Shown one piece after another: positions 36,815 to 45,817 of a stretch of 64,000 bases of DNA. The stretch's first letter is position 1. The number at the start of each line of letters is the position of its first letter. The notes beneath the pieces were generated by a model. That model did not search any database. It saw only the letters and a program-made list of their open reading frames with translations, and was not told where the DNA came from. The DNA is taken from positions 1 to 64,000 of the IMG/VR virus record IMGVR_UViG_3300003323_001324; one strand, given 5' to 3'. A program made the position numbers and the translations under genes. The stretch is from a virus.

Positions 36815-37804
36815 ATGTCCTCGATGATCGTGCGCGGAATCGACTTTGGCCGTGTCCTCAACTCCTCCGGCGCCCGCGGGTTCTTCGGGGAGGGCTACTG
36901 GTTCCACCGGCTCTTTCCCGGGCTCGACTATCGCGGCTCCACCTTCGTGGCGAAGACCACCACCCTGGAGGCCCGCGCCGGGAACATGCCGCTGCGCGGC
37001 GACTACACCCCGGCGGAGGTCTCCCCGAAGTGCATCGTCGTGAAGCCGTGGAAGGGCGTGGTCCTAAACTCGGTCGGCCTTTCGGGCCCCGGCATCGCCC
37101 CTCTCCTCAGGCGATGGTCGGGCTATCACGGCTTCCCGGACTCCCCGGGAGGGAAGATGATCTCGGTCATGTCGGTCCTCCCGGACTCGAAGGACCGGGC
37201 CGACGAGATGCGAAAGATCGCGGACGCCGTCCACGCCTCTGACCTCCCTCGCGATGTCGGCGTCCAGCTGAACCTTTCCTGCCCCAACGTGGGCCTCAAC
37301 CCGTCCTACCTCGTCCAGGACGCCCAGGCCCAGCTTGACGCGCTTCGCCCTCTCGGCCGCCCTATCTTCCTGAAGGTGAACGTTCTCTTCCCGGTGGAGG
37401 CGGCCCTCGAGCTCTCGAAGCAGCCGGGCTGCGACGGGTTCGTCGTGTCCAACACGATCCCCTGGGGGAAGCTCCCGGAGCGCATAGACTGGCGCCGCCT
37501 TTTCGGCTCCGACGTCTCCCCGCTCGCCTCCATCGGCGGCGGTGGCCTCTCCGGCAAGCCGCTCCTTCCCCTGGTGACCGAGTGGGTCCGCTCTGCCCGC
37601 GCGGCCGGCGTCCATCACTTCGCCAAGATCGTGGGCGGAGGGGGCATTCTCTCCGTCCGCGACGCGGCCGAGATGGTCTCCTCGGGCGTGGACGCCATCG
37701 AGCTCGGCTCCATCTCCATCCTCCGCCCCTGGCGCGTCGCCTCCGTCATCCGGTACGCCAACGACATGATCCCCCGCTCTATGCCGCTGAGGGCCCTGAC
37801 TTGA
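36815..37804 (+). CDS. pyrD: Dihydroorotate dehydrogenase (class 1-like)
   Basis: AKTTT, NSVGLSGPG, NLSCPN, SNT, GGLSG, GGGGI; start at 36815 or 36824. Confidence 0.9.
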   Translation: MSSMIVRGIDFGRVLNSSGARGFFGEGYWFHRLFPGLDYRGSTFVAKTTTLEARAGNMPLRGDYTPAEVSPKCIVVKPWKGVVLNSVGLSGPGIAPLLRRWSGYHGFPDSPGGKMISVMSVLPDSKDRADEMRKIADAVHASDLPRDVGVQLNLSCPNVGLNPSYLVQDAQAQLDALRPLGRPIFLKVNVLFPVEAALELSKQPGCDGFVVSNTIPWGKLPERIDWRRLFGSDVSPLASIGGGGLSGKPLLPLVTEWVRSARAAGVHHFAKIVGGGGILSVRDAAEMVSSGVDAIELGSISILRPWRVASVIRYANDMIPRSMPLRALT

Positions 37805-38892
37805 CCGACAAGATAACCATCCGAGTCCCCGACGACATGCACGTCCACTTTCGGGAGGGCGACATGCTCCGGAAGGTCGTGCCGTGCACGTCGTCCGTGT
37901 TCGGCCGCGCCCTGGTGATGCCGAACACGGCCCACCCGATGCTGGGCGGGGCGGACGTCTGCGCCTATGCCGAGGAGATCAACCTCGCGGCCAACAGGCT
38001 GAACCCCTCCGTCCCCGAGGGCTGTCCTCCCTTCCGTCCCCTGACGACCGTGAAGCTCCTAAGGAGCTCCACGCCGGACGTCCTGCACGACGCCGCGGCC
38101 GGCGGGGCGGTGGCCGCGAAGTTCTACCCCGAGGGCGTGACCACGAACTCGCACGACGGGGTGGCGGACCTCCGCGAGCTCGCGGTGTCCCTGGCCGCGC
38201 TCGAGAGGCTCGACATGGTCCTCTGCCTGCACGGCGAGGTCCCGGGCGCCTTCTGCATGGACCGCGAGGCCCTCTTCCTCGACTCGCTCCGCTGGGCGGC
38301 CTCCTCCTTCCCGAACCTGCGCATCGTCCTCGAGCACGTGACGACGGCCGCGGCCGTCCGCGAGGTCCGGGCGCTCCGCCCTGGCGTCGCCGCGACCATC
38401 ACGGCCCACCATCTCTTTCACACCCTGGACGACGTCGTGGGAGGGATGCTGAACCCCCACGCCTTCTGCAAGCCCATAGCGAAGACCCGGGATGACCGTG
38501 CCGCCCTGCGCTCCGCGGCGGTCTCGGGAGACCCGAAGTTCTTTTTCGGGTCCGACACCGCCCCTCACCTGCGGGGCAAGAAGGAGTGCGCCAGCGGCTG
38601 CGCCGGGGTCTTCTCCGCGCCATGCGCCATCGAGTCCCTCGCGACGGCGTTCGACGAGTGCGGCGCCCTGGATAGGCTCGAGGACTTCGTCTCCCACTTC
38701 GGGGCGGACTTCTACGCCGTTCCTCGCAACCCCGGGACCATAACCCTTGCCCGCGAGGACTGGCGCGTCCCCGACGAGGTCCACGGCGTGGTCCCGTTCA
38801 TGGCCGGGAAGTCCTTGCCCTGGCGCGTGACCTCCGATCGTCATATGTCGTTCGTCGCCTCGCGCCCGACTGTAGAATCTGGCCATGTCTAG
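37801..38892 (+). CDS. pyrC: Dihydroorotase (homodimeric, E. coli type)
   Basis: DDMHVHFR, MPN, KFYPEGVTTNS, LHGE, LEHVTT, GSDTAPH; TTGA overlap with pyrD. Confidence 0.93.
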   Translation: MTDKITIRVPDDMHVHFREGDMLRKVVPCTSSVFGRALVMPNTAHPMLGGADVCAYAEEINLAANRLNPSVPEGCPPFRPLTTVKLLRSSTPDVLHDAAAGGAVAAKFYPEGVTTNSHDGVADLRELAVSLAALERLDMVLCLHGEVPGAFCMDREALFLDSLRWAASSFPNLRIVLEHVTTAAAVREVRALRPGVAATITAHHLFHTLDDVVGGMLNPHAFCKPIAKTRDDRAALRSAAVSGDPKFFFGSDTAPHLRGKKECASGCAGVFSAPCAIESLATAFDECGALDRLEDFVSHFGADFYAVPRNPGTITLAREDWRVPDEVHGVVPFMAGKSLPWRVTSDRHMSFVASRPTVESGHV

Positions 38893-39394
38893 CCTGACCA
38901 TTTCCCAGGGCCTTCGGCAGGTCGCCCGCCTCAAGGGCAAGATCGCCGAGTCCAAGACGCGCCTGGCCGGCTCGGTCTTCCATCGCGACGACCAGCCTCC
39001 GGCCTTCCAGTTCTCCGCCACCGTGGAGCGCCTGAAGGTGGACAAGGCCGAGCTCATTAAGCTCGAGTCGCGCATCGCCCTCACCAACGCCTCCACGAAG
39101 GTCGAGTTCGAGGGCCGGCAGATCACCCTGTCCGAGGGCATCAAGCGCCTTCAGGAGGCAAAGGACGACATCGCCTGGCTCAAGGCCATCCCCTGTCAGG
39201 CTGCCTCCACCGGCTTCATCCTGGAGCACGTCCGCCTCCCGAACGGGGAGTACGGGCACCAGAAGGCCTCGACGACCTGCCACTTCACGGAGCAGCAGCG
39301 CTCGGACGAGGTCGACAAGGTTCAGGCCGCGTTCGACGCCCTGAACGACCTCATCGAGAAGAAAAACCACGAGACGGAGCTCGTCGCTCTGTAG
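38885..39394 (+). CDS. DIP1984-like coiled-coil protein
   Basis: LTISQGL..RL.......PP..F..IALTNAST..TLSE.I and C-terminal VDKVQ..DALNDLIEKKNHETEL match the family pattern. Confidence 0.7.
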   Translation: MSSLTISQGLRQVARLKGKIAESKTRLAGSVFHRDDQPPAFQFSATVERLKVDKAELIKLESRIALTNASTKVEFEGRQITLSEGIKRLQEAKDDIAWLKAIPCQAASTGFILEHVRLPNGEYGHQKASTTCHFTEQQRSDEVDKVQAAFDALNDLIEKKNHETELVAL

Positions 39395-39408
39395 CGTGCA
39401 GCCTGCCT

Positions 39409-39626
39409 AGGGCAGGAGGAAACGAACAGAGGTGCCCGGCGTGCGACCCGCCCTTCGGGAGCGGGAAGCCAAAGTAATCTTCGGATTACAACCCTCTAAA
39501 ATCGTCACGGTTCTGGTATCCCAGCATTCAGCTTTCCGACCAGAAGTAAGCTCTAAGCCCCGAGCCTCGAGCGACGAACCGTGAGCCCTCCTCAAACCGA
39601 GCACATCCGTCACGACCTCCTGCCCT
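39409..39626 (+). ncRNA. Candidate structured ncRNA with a heptamer-repeat tract
   Basis: 11-bp closing stem, two cUUCGg hairpins, six 7-nt units; lower GC than the flanks; no credible ORF. Confidence 0.75.
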
Positions 39627-39674
39627 TCGCAACGTTCCCCGGTAACGTCATCCCGCAAGGAGCTACGAAATCAA

Positions 39675-39761
39675 ATGGCAGACAAGAAGACCTCGAAGAA
39701 GACCGCGAAGAAGACCCCCGCCAAGAAGGCGGCCAAGAAGGCTCCCTCCAAGAAGAAGTGA
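39675..39761 (+). CDS. Histone H1-like Lys-rich microprotein (28 aa)
   Basis: MADKKTSKKTAKKTPAKKAAKKAPSKKK*; AAGGAG RBS; GTAACGT motif upstream. Confidence 0.75.
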   Translation: MADKKTSKKTAKKTPAKKAAKKAPSKKK

Positions 39762-39763
39762 GC

Positions 39764-40384
39764 CTATCGTCCGGGCGCGCCGAGGGACCTGCCCAGTGCG
39801 GTCGACCTCGCCGTGCTCCGGACGATCGCCCTGGTCGTGAGCACTCCTCCCACGAGGACGGCCGCGGCCAGGGCGAGGACCAGGAGCCCCCAGTTCCCGT
39901 CAGAGTCGTCCGAGTCTGAGCTGAAGATGGAGCTCACGTTGCCGGCGGCCTCGGGGACGTATCGCATCGCCCCTCTCATGTTGTATACCTGCGCCCAGGT
40001 GTCGTAGGCGGCCACCGCGGCGGAGCCGAGGTTCCTCTCGCGGTACGCGACTCCCCACGCGTGGACGGTGATGGCGATGCCCGATCCCAGGACCGGAAGG
40101 ATTATTGCTAGGTAGACGAGCGACGTGACCCCGTCCGCGACGACGGGCGGAAGGAGCGCGTGCGCGGGCGCGCCGTTCTCCCCGTCGACGGTGATCGCGG
40201 CCGCGGCGTTCGCGATGACGACCATGTAGCACCAGCTGAACCCGCAGGCCGACATGATCGCGCCCATCCAGTTCATGAAGTGCGGGACCCCTCCCGAGTG
40301 CCTCGTCTCGTTCCAGGTCTTACCGCAGCCCCACGCGTTCGCCCAGGAGATGGCGAAGTTCAGGATCCACATTAGCACTATCAT
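39764..40384 (-). CDS. Multi-pass membrane protein
   Basis: About five hydrophobic helices; NFAISWANAWGCG. Confidence 0.75.
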   Translation of the reverse strand: MIVLMWILNFAISWANAWGCGKTWNETRHSGGVPHFMNWMGAIMSACGFSWCYMVVIANAAAAITVDGENGAPAHALLPPVVADGVTSLVYLAIILPVLGSGIAITVHAWGVAYRERNLGSAAVAAYDTWAQVYNMRGAMRYVPEAAGNVSSIFSSDSDDSDGNWGLLVLALAAAVLVGGVLTTRAIVRSTARSTALGRSLGAPGR

Positions 40385-40401
40385 GGGTACCGTCCCTCGT
40401 T

Positions 40402-40755
40402 GTGATCGGGTTCTACGGTACCGCCACGTCGAGCTACGACAACGGCCCCTATGACGTGGGGACGACGTCCTCCTCCGTCCTGTCCCTGAACGGCCAGACC
40501 GCCGTCTCCGTCCCCGTCATCTACGTCTACGAGTATCGCCGCTCTGAGGAGCTCGTCGTCGAGGAGAGGGTCCGTGACAAGGCCCAGGTCGCTCGGGAGA
40601 AGATGGCCTTCCACGTCGCCTCGCTCTCCCCCTCCTGGTCCAGGGAGAGGCCTCCCTCGCACCGGCCTGCCCCTCCCTCCCAAGCCCCCCAGATGGTCCA
40701 CCGGAAGCGTTGTTTCGCCCGCTGTGGGACCAGGCGCGAGCGCGTCTCCGGGTAG
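40402..40755 (+). CDS. Hypothetical protein
   Basis: GTACCGT motif before GTG. Confidence 0.5.
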   Translation: MIGFYGTATSSYDNGPYDVGTTSSSVLSLNGQTAVSVPVIYVYEYRRSEELVVEERVRDKAQVAREKMAFHVASLSPSWSRERPPSHRPAPPSQAPQMVHRKRCFARCGTRRERVSG

Positions 40756-40793
40756 CCCTTCCGATGTAATATCTCCTCTAAGGAGATATCCTC

Positions 40794-43082
40794 ATGCAGG
40801 CTACGACGTACCCGGTCTCGAGCAACCTTCATCTCGTCCATCTTCCGGTCTCGAAGGCCCCGCCGGCGAAGCCTAAGGAGGTGCCGACGAACCACGTCGT
40901 AATCATCGACTGCTCGGGCTCCATGAGCTGGGAGCTCCCGAAGATCCGCGAGCAGCTGAAGAGGAAGCTCCCGAAGCTCCTGAAGGAGAAGGACACCATC
41001 TCCATCGTCTGGTTCAGCGGCCGCGGCCAGCACGGGGTGCTGCTCGAGGGCGAGCCCGTCGCCACCCTGGCTGACCTGAAGGACGTGGAGAACGCCATCG
41101 ACCGGTGGCTCAAGCCGGTCGGCCTCACCGGCTTCAAGGAGCCTCTCGAGTCCGTCCCGGCCCTGGCGGAGAAGGTCGCCAAGAAGACCCCCGGCAGCAC
41201 CTTCTCCCTGTTCTTCATGTCCGACGGCTGCGACAATTGCTGGCCGCGCGGGGACGTCCTGAAGGCCGTCGAGAAGGCCGGATCCGTCGTCTCCGCCGCC
41301 ACCTTCGTGGAGTACGGGTACTACTCGGACCGCCCCCTCCTGACCCAGATGGCCGAGAAGTGCGGCGGCGCCGTCATCCACGCCGCGGACTTCGACGCCT
41401 TCGCCCCCACCTTCGAGGCCGCGATGCAGCGCCGGCTCTCCGGCGCCCCGCGCGTGGAGGTCAAGATCCCGGACGACGTCGTCGGCGGCTTTGCCTACGC
41501 CGTGGTCGGCGACGAGGTCCTGACCTTCGCCGTCGAGTCCGGGGCCGTGCAGGTTCCGGAGGACCTCTCGGGCGTCTACTATCTCGCCCCGGGCCTGGCC
41601 TCCGGCAAGGCCGTCCCCGACCCGTTCCCCCTCTACGCCGCGCTCTCGCTCTACGCACAGCGCATGAAGTCCGACGTCGTCCTCTCGCTCCTCAAGGTCA
41701 CCGGGGACGTCCGCTTCATCAAGAAGTTCTCCGGTCTCTTCGGGAAGCAGAAGTACTCGGAGTTCGTGGACGACGCCCGCCTGGCGACGTTCGACCCGTC
41801 CCTCCGCCTCATCGAGGGCTGCAACCCGAACCTCGTCCCTCCGGACGACGCGTTCACCGTCCTGGACCTGCTCCACGTCCTGTCCGAGGACGACGGCAAC
41901 CGCCTGCTCCTCGAGTCGCCCGACTTCAAGTACTCGCGCATCGGCCGCTCCACCATCGACGCCTCCGAGGTCCTGACCCTCGAGGAGCAGGCCGAGGTGG
42001 ACGAGCTGACCGCCAAGATGTCGGGCGAGAAGAACGCGAAGAAGGTCGCCGAGCACGCGGCCCGGATCGCCGCCATCACGGCCGGGAAGGAGGCCCTGAA
42101 GTTCGAGGCCTACCCGGCCCCGGACGGCTACTCCGTCTCCAACCTCGTGTTCAACGAGGACCGCCCAAACGTCTCCGTCCAGGTCCGCAAGCCCGGGAAG
42201 GTCGACATCTCGTCGCGCGTCCCGTCGGAGCTCAAGGACCAGCTTCCGAAGGAGGTCGACACCGCGATCACGCGCAACTACGCGATCGTCAAGGACGGCC
42301 TGGTGAACGTGAAGATCCTCCCGGTCCGCCTGACCAAGGAGACCCTGAAGAAGCTCGAGGACAAGGGTTTCTCTCTCAAGGAGACCTCCGTCGCCGCCGA
42401 CGGCACTTGCCTCCTCGACCTCTCGGCCCTCCCGGTCATCAACCGCAAGATGGTCAAGGCGGTCTCGGCCAAGGAGTTCTTCGAGCTCAGCTACGAGCTG
42501 ACCCGCGCTCAGGCGGCCCAGAAGGTCTACAACTCCTACGCCAAGGAGCTCCTCCCGGCGAAGAAGCAGGACGGCCTGGCCGACAAGTACGGCCCTGCGG
42601 CCGCCGCGTGGCTCGACGAGCAGGGCTTCAAGGACTACGGGTTCAACCCCAAGCGCGTCGTCGCGCCCCCGACGGACGTCTACCTCAGCAAGGAGCTCAA
42701 GGTCTCGCTCAAGGGCCTCTCCAAGCTCCCGTCCCTCAAGGAGTACCGGGAGGCGGCCGCGAAGGGCAAGCTCAACGCGGGGGCCCAGCTGATGAAGAAG
42801 ACCGTGGACGAGGTCGAGGCCTTCCTGGCCTCGGACATCTACTCGAAGGCGGCCGCGAAGGAGAAGGTCCTGGAGGCGTGGCTCGAGGGGCAGCAGAAGG
42901 CCTCCAAGGTCCGTGCGCGCGAGCTCCTCTATTTCGTCTCCCAGACCACGTTCGTCGTCATCGTGGGCCAGGTCTGGTTCTCCGAGTTCTCGAGCCTGGA
43001 CGAGAACACCATGACCATCACCGTCGACGGGGTCTCCGTCGAGTGCAAGGTGGAGCAGCTCGAGAAGGAGGTCAAGATCTGA
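40794..43082 (+). CDS. vWA-domain protein
   Basis: MIDAS motif DCSGSM, GLT, FMSDG; AAGGAG RBS. Confidence 0.85.
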   Translation: MQATTYPVSSNLHLVHLPVSKAPPAKPKEVPTNHVVIIDCSGSMSWELPKIREQLKRKLPKLLKEKDTISIVWFSGRGQHGVLLEGEPVATLADLKDVENAIDRWLKPVGLTGFKEPLESVPALAEKVAKKTPGSTFSLFFMSDGCDNCWPRGDVLKAVEKAGSVVSAATFVEYGYYSDRPLLTQMAEKCGGAVIHAADFDAFAPTFEAAMQRRLSGAPRVEVKIPDDVVGGFAYAVVGDEVLTFAVESGAVQVPEDLSGVYYLAPGLASGKAVPDPFPLYAALSLYAQRMKSDVVLSLLKVTGDVRFIKKFSGLFGKQKYSEFVDDARLATFDPSLRLIEGCNPNLVPPDDAFTVLDLLHVLSEDDGNRLLLESPDFKYSRIGRSTIDASEVLTLEEQAEVDELTAKMSGEKNAKKVAEHAARIAAITAGKEALKFEAYPAPDGYSVSNLVFNEDRPNVSVQVRKPGKVDISSRVPSELKDQLPKEVDTAITRNYAIVKDGLVNVKILPVRLTKETLKKLEDKGFSLKETSVAADGTCLLDLSALPVINRKMVKAVSAKEFFELSYELTRAQAAQKVYNSYAKELLPAKKQDGLADKYGPAAAAWLDEQGFKDYGFNPKRVVAPPTDVYLSKELKVSLKGLSKLPSLKEYREAAAKGKLNAGAQLMKKTVDEVEAFLASDIYSKAAAKEKVLEAWLEGQQKASKVRARELLYFVSQTTFVVIVGQVWFSEFSSLDENTMTITVDGVSVECKVEQLEKEVKI

Positions 43083-43101
43083 CCCGGTGTAAGGCCGTCC
43101 T

Positions 43102-43302
43102 ATGTCGATGGCCAAGTACATGAAGAAGAAGCAGCTCCAGGAGTACGTGGTGCTCCTGGAGTCCGCTCTCGACGCCGTGTCTCCCGTCCGGAACGAGGCT
43201 ATGCTGCGATCCGGGGACTCTCCGAACGCCGAGGCCGCTATTAGGCGGTTCGACGCCGCGAACCTCGCGAGGCTCGAGTATGTCACAAAGATCCCGGTCT
43301 GA
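43102..43302 (+). CDS. Hypothetical protein
   Basis: GTAAGGC motif upstream; typical codon usage. Confidence 0.6.
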   Translation: MSMAKYMKKKQLQEYVVLLESALDAVSPVRNEAMLRSGDSPNAEAAIRRFDAANLARLEYVTKIPV

Positions 43303-43603
43303 CAGGCACTCCTCCCCCTGCGTGCACGCCCTGGGCTCGGCCTCCTCGCGCCCGACCTTCCTCTACCTCCGGGACGGCTCGAGGGTCGTCATCCGGAGGG
43401 ACGAGGACTCCTGCTGGCTCGAGGTCGTCCCCCAGGCCACCCTGTCCACGGCCTCCCCTTCGCGCGCCTCCAGGCCGTACCTCTTGGGGACGCTGGCCTT
43501 CGGCATGACCGGCGCCGCCGTGGCCGGCTTTTGGGGCCTCCTGGCCGGCGCCGCCATCGGCCTCCTCGTCGCCCACAGGGCCACTCCCTCCGGCTCCCTC
43601 TGA
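43280..43603 (+). CDS. Hypothetical membrane protein (start uncertain)
   Basis: C-terminal Gly-zipper-like TM segments. Confidence 0.5.
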   Translation: MSQRSRSDRHSSPCVHALGSASSRPTFLYLRDGSRVVIRRDEDSCWLEVVPQATLSTASPSRASRPYLLGTLAFGMTGAAVAGFWGLLAGAAIGLLVAHRATPSGSL

Positions 43604-43626
43604 CCCTTTGATGGGCCCGGGCCGGT

Positions 43627-43962
43627 ATGGCGAAGTCGTCGAAGGCTCACGCGGACGGTTCGGTCCCCGCGCAGGACCAGTCCCTGGAGTCTCTCCTGAA
43701 GGCAGAGCTCTCGGAGCTCCACAAGGAGATCGACTCCCTCGTCTCCGGCGGGATGTCGGAGGAGGAGGCCCGGGCCATCCTCGACTGGGCGGCCGCGCTC
43801 GAGGCCCGCGTCAAGCACGTGGCTGCCGTCCTTCGCGACCCGACCCCCGCGACCGTCTCCGCCTACCTCCGCACCGTGGCTGCCGAGATCGGGACCGTGG
43901 GGAGCCGCCGCCACACGACGGCGAGCCTCAGGCTCCTCCAGGCCGCCATCGCCCGCGGCTGA
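43627..43962 (+). CDS. Hypothetical protein, putative late/head protein
   Basis: CCTTTGAT-N14-ATG motif; TPATVSAYLRTVAAEI module. Confidence 0.65.
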   Translation: MAKSSKAHADGSVPAQDQSLESLLKAELSELHKEIDSLVSGGMSEEEARAILDWAAALEARVKHVAAVLRDPTPATVSAYLRTVAAEIGTVGSRRHTTASLRLLQAAIARG

Positions 43963-44505
43963 TCAGCGACGGCGCGCCGTCGTCCGCATTCCTGGCGGCC
44001 TCATCTGCTCGGAAATCTCGTGCCGGAGCATCTCCGCCACCTCGTCGTTCACGTACTCGAGGAGCGGCTGCTTCGACCGCGCGTAGGTCGCTATCTCCTT
44101 CACGACGCTCGACGAGACGAAGGCCACGTCGGGGAGAGTGGGGATGAACACCGTCTGGATGCCGGAGAGCTTCCTGTTGGCGGCAGCGATGGTCATCTCG
44201 GACTCGAAGTCCGACACCATCCGGAGCCCCCGGATGATCACGGCGTCCTCTCGGCCGGCCCACGCCTCCGCGAAGTCCGTCAGCAGCCCTGAGAAGGACG
44301 TGAACCTGAGGTCCTTCGGCTTCCTCGGCCAGTAGCTCCGCGCCGCCTCCAGCCTCTGCTCGGTCTTGAAGAGACCGGCCTTCTTCGAGTTCTTTCCGAC
44401 GGCGATGACGGTCTTCCGCGCGATCCGCCTGGCCGCCTCGGCGATCGCGAAGTGTCCGAAGGTGAACGGGTCGAACGATCCGGCGTAGATGGCCCACCCG
44501 ATCAA
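43963..44505 (-). CDS. coaD: Phosphopantetheine adenylyltransferase
   Basis: AIYAGSFDPFTFGH, N..K..LF, IIRGLR.VSDFESE, VSSSVVKEIA; TTG start overlaps the upstream TGA. Confidence 0.9.
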   Translation of the reverse strand: MIGWAIYAGSFDPFTFGHFAIAEAARRIARKTVIAVGKNSKKAGLFKTEQRLEAARSYWPRKPKDLRFTSFSGLLTDFAEAWAGREDAVIIRGLRMVSDFESEMTIAAANRKLSGIQTVFIPTLPDVAFVSSSVVKEIATYARSKQPLLEYVNDEVAEMLRHEISEQMRPPGMRTTARRR

Positions 44506-44879
44506 TGGACCGTCCCCGGCTGAACGGACCCTGAGACCCCCAGGATGGAGGCGGCCTTCATATACCCTCGGGCGGTCGGCGTGACGATGGCCGGGAGCCC
44601 CTGGTTCTGGAGCGCCGAGCTGACGACGTTGCAGGTCCACTCGACTTCCAGCTCGAAGCACCGGATCTCCCAGTAGTTTTCGGCCCGCTCCATCTGTGCC
44701 TCCGCGCTCTTCTTTCGCGAGCTCTGGAGCAGGCCGGCCAGCTCGGCAGGGCTCTTGCCGCGGCAGGCCTCGAAGCCCTCGACCGAGCCCTTCAGCTTGT
44801 CGGCCTTCCCCTCGTAGTCGCGCCGCGCGGCCTCGATGCCGTCGTCCACGACGCGTGACAGGAACGTCATGTAGTCCAT
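44502..44879 (-). CDS. Hypothetical phage protein
   Basis: GTAGGCT motif 6 nt before ATG. Confidence 0.75.
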   Translation of the reverse strand: MDYMTFLSRVVDDGIEAARRDYEGKADKLKGSVEGFEACRGKSPAELAGLLQSSRKKSAEAQMERAENYWEIRCFELEVEWTCNVVSSALQNQGLPAIVTPTARGYMKAASILGVSGSVQPGTVH

Positions 44880-44922
44880 GGGCCGAGCCTACAGTCCGTA
44901 CGTTCGCGTTTTCGCCTTTTAA

Positions 44923-44967
44923 TTAACGTATGAAGTACGTAACGTTTTGACGTTCCAAATACGTAAT
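44923..44967. promoter_or_regulatory. Two tandem NrtR-type operator boxes (GT-N7-AC)
   Basis: ttaacGTatgaagtACgtaac (44923-43) and ttgacGTtccaaatACgtaat (44947-67) in an AT-rich gap directly upstream of nrtR. Confidence 0.7.
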
Positions 44968-44987
44968 TCGGAGTGTAAGATCCCGAC

Positions 44988-45806
44988 ATGGCTAAGCCGA
45001 TCCCCAACGACCCGCCTCCCGTCTTCTTAGTCAAGGACTGCGAGAAGGTCCCTCCCGGATATCCGGGCTACTACGTCAACGAGGTCCCGCACTACGTCTA
45101 CCGCTACAGGCGCGCTGCCCTCACGGTCGACGCCGTCGTCTTCGGGGTCGACCGGGACGGCCTGAAGATCCTCCTCATCAAGCGCAAGGAGGCCGACCCG
45201 TCCGTCCCGAAGGAGGAGCAGGCCTACCCCGGGCACTGGGCACTGCCGGGCGGTTTCGTGGACGTCGGCGAGAGCCTGGACGACGCCGTGAAGCGCGAGC
45301 TCCGGGAGGAGACGGGCATGACGGACGTCTACCTCGAGCAGCTCTACACGTTCGGCGACCCCGGCCGCGACCCGCGCGAGCACGTCGTCGACGTCTCCTA
45401 CCTCGCCCTCGTGAGGCCGGACAAGCACCCTGTCTCGGCCGACTCGGACGCCTCCGACGTCCGCTGGTTCCCGGTCTCCGCCCTGCCCGACAAGATGGCG
45501 TTCGACCATCGGAAGATCTTCGACGTCGGATTCCGGCGCCTGCAGGCGAAGGTCCGCTACGCGCCCATCGGCTTCGAGCTCCTCCCCGAGGCCTTCACGA
45601 TCGGCGAGCTCCAGCGCATCTACGAGGACGTCCTCCAGCGCGAGCTCGACAGCCGCAATTTCCGCAAGAGGATCCTCCTGACCGGGCTTCTCCAGGACAC
45701 CGGCAGGAAGAAGGCCTCGGGCTCGGGGCCGAAGGCCTCGCTCTACCGCTTCAACAAGGACGAGTACGAGAGGCAGACGCGCCTCGGCATCAATTTCGAG
45801 ATCTGA
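44988..45806 (+). CDS. nrtR: NrtR-family Nudix + wHTH regulator
   Basis: WALPGGF..RELREETG, LEQLYTFG.P.RDPR, AFDH, LLPEAFT..ELQ..YE, RNFRKRI, A.LYRF. Confidence 0.9.
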   Translation: MAKPIPNDPPPVFLVKDCEKVPPGYPGYYVNEVPHYVYRYRRAALTVDAVVFGVDRDGLKILLIKRKEADPSVPKEEQAYPGHWALPGGFVDVGESLDDAVKRELREETGMTDVYLEQLYTFGDPGRDPREHVVDVSYLALVRPDKHPVSADSDASDVRWFPVSALPDKMAFDHRKIFDVGFRRLQAKVRYAPIGFELLPEAFTIGELQRIYEDVLQRELDSRNFRKRILLTGLLQDTGRKKASGSGPKASLYRFNKDEYERQTRLGINFEI

Positions 45807-45817
45807 AAGGAAAGACC

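Noticed and set aside
39547-39588. Heptamer tract as a CRISPR or mini-array
   Set aside because: The units are 7 nt and contiguous, with no spacers and no cas genes nearby.
39407-39919. ORFs 39407-39658 (-) and 39581-39919 (+)
   Set aside because: They have atypical codon usage. The region is better explained by the structured RNA and the 28-aa Lys-rich ORF with its RBS.
40527-43286. Very long antisense and alternate-frame ORFs (e.g. 919 aa at 40527-, 845 aa at 52662-, 663 aa at 9263-)
   Set aside because: These are shadow ORFs of high-GC genes. They show no motifs and lie opposite well-supported CDSs.
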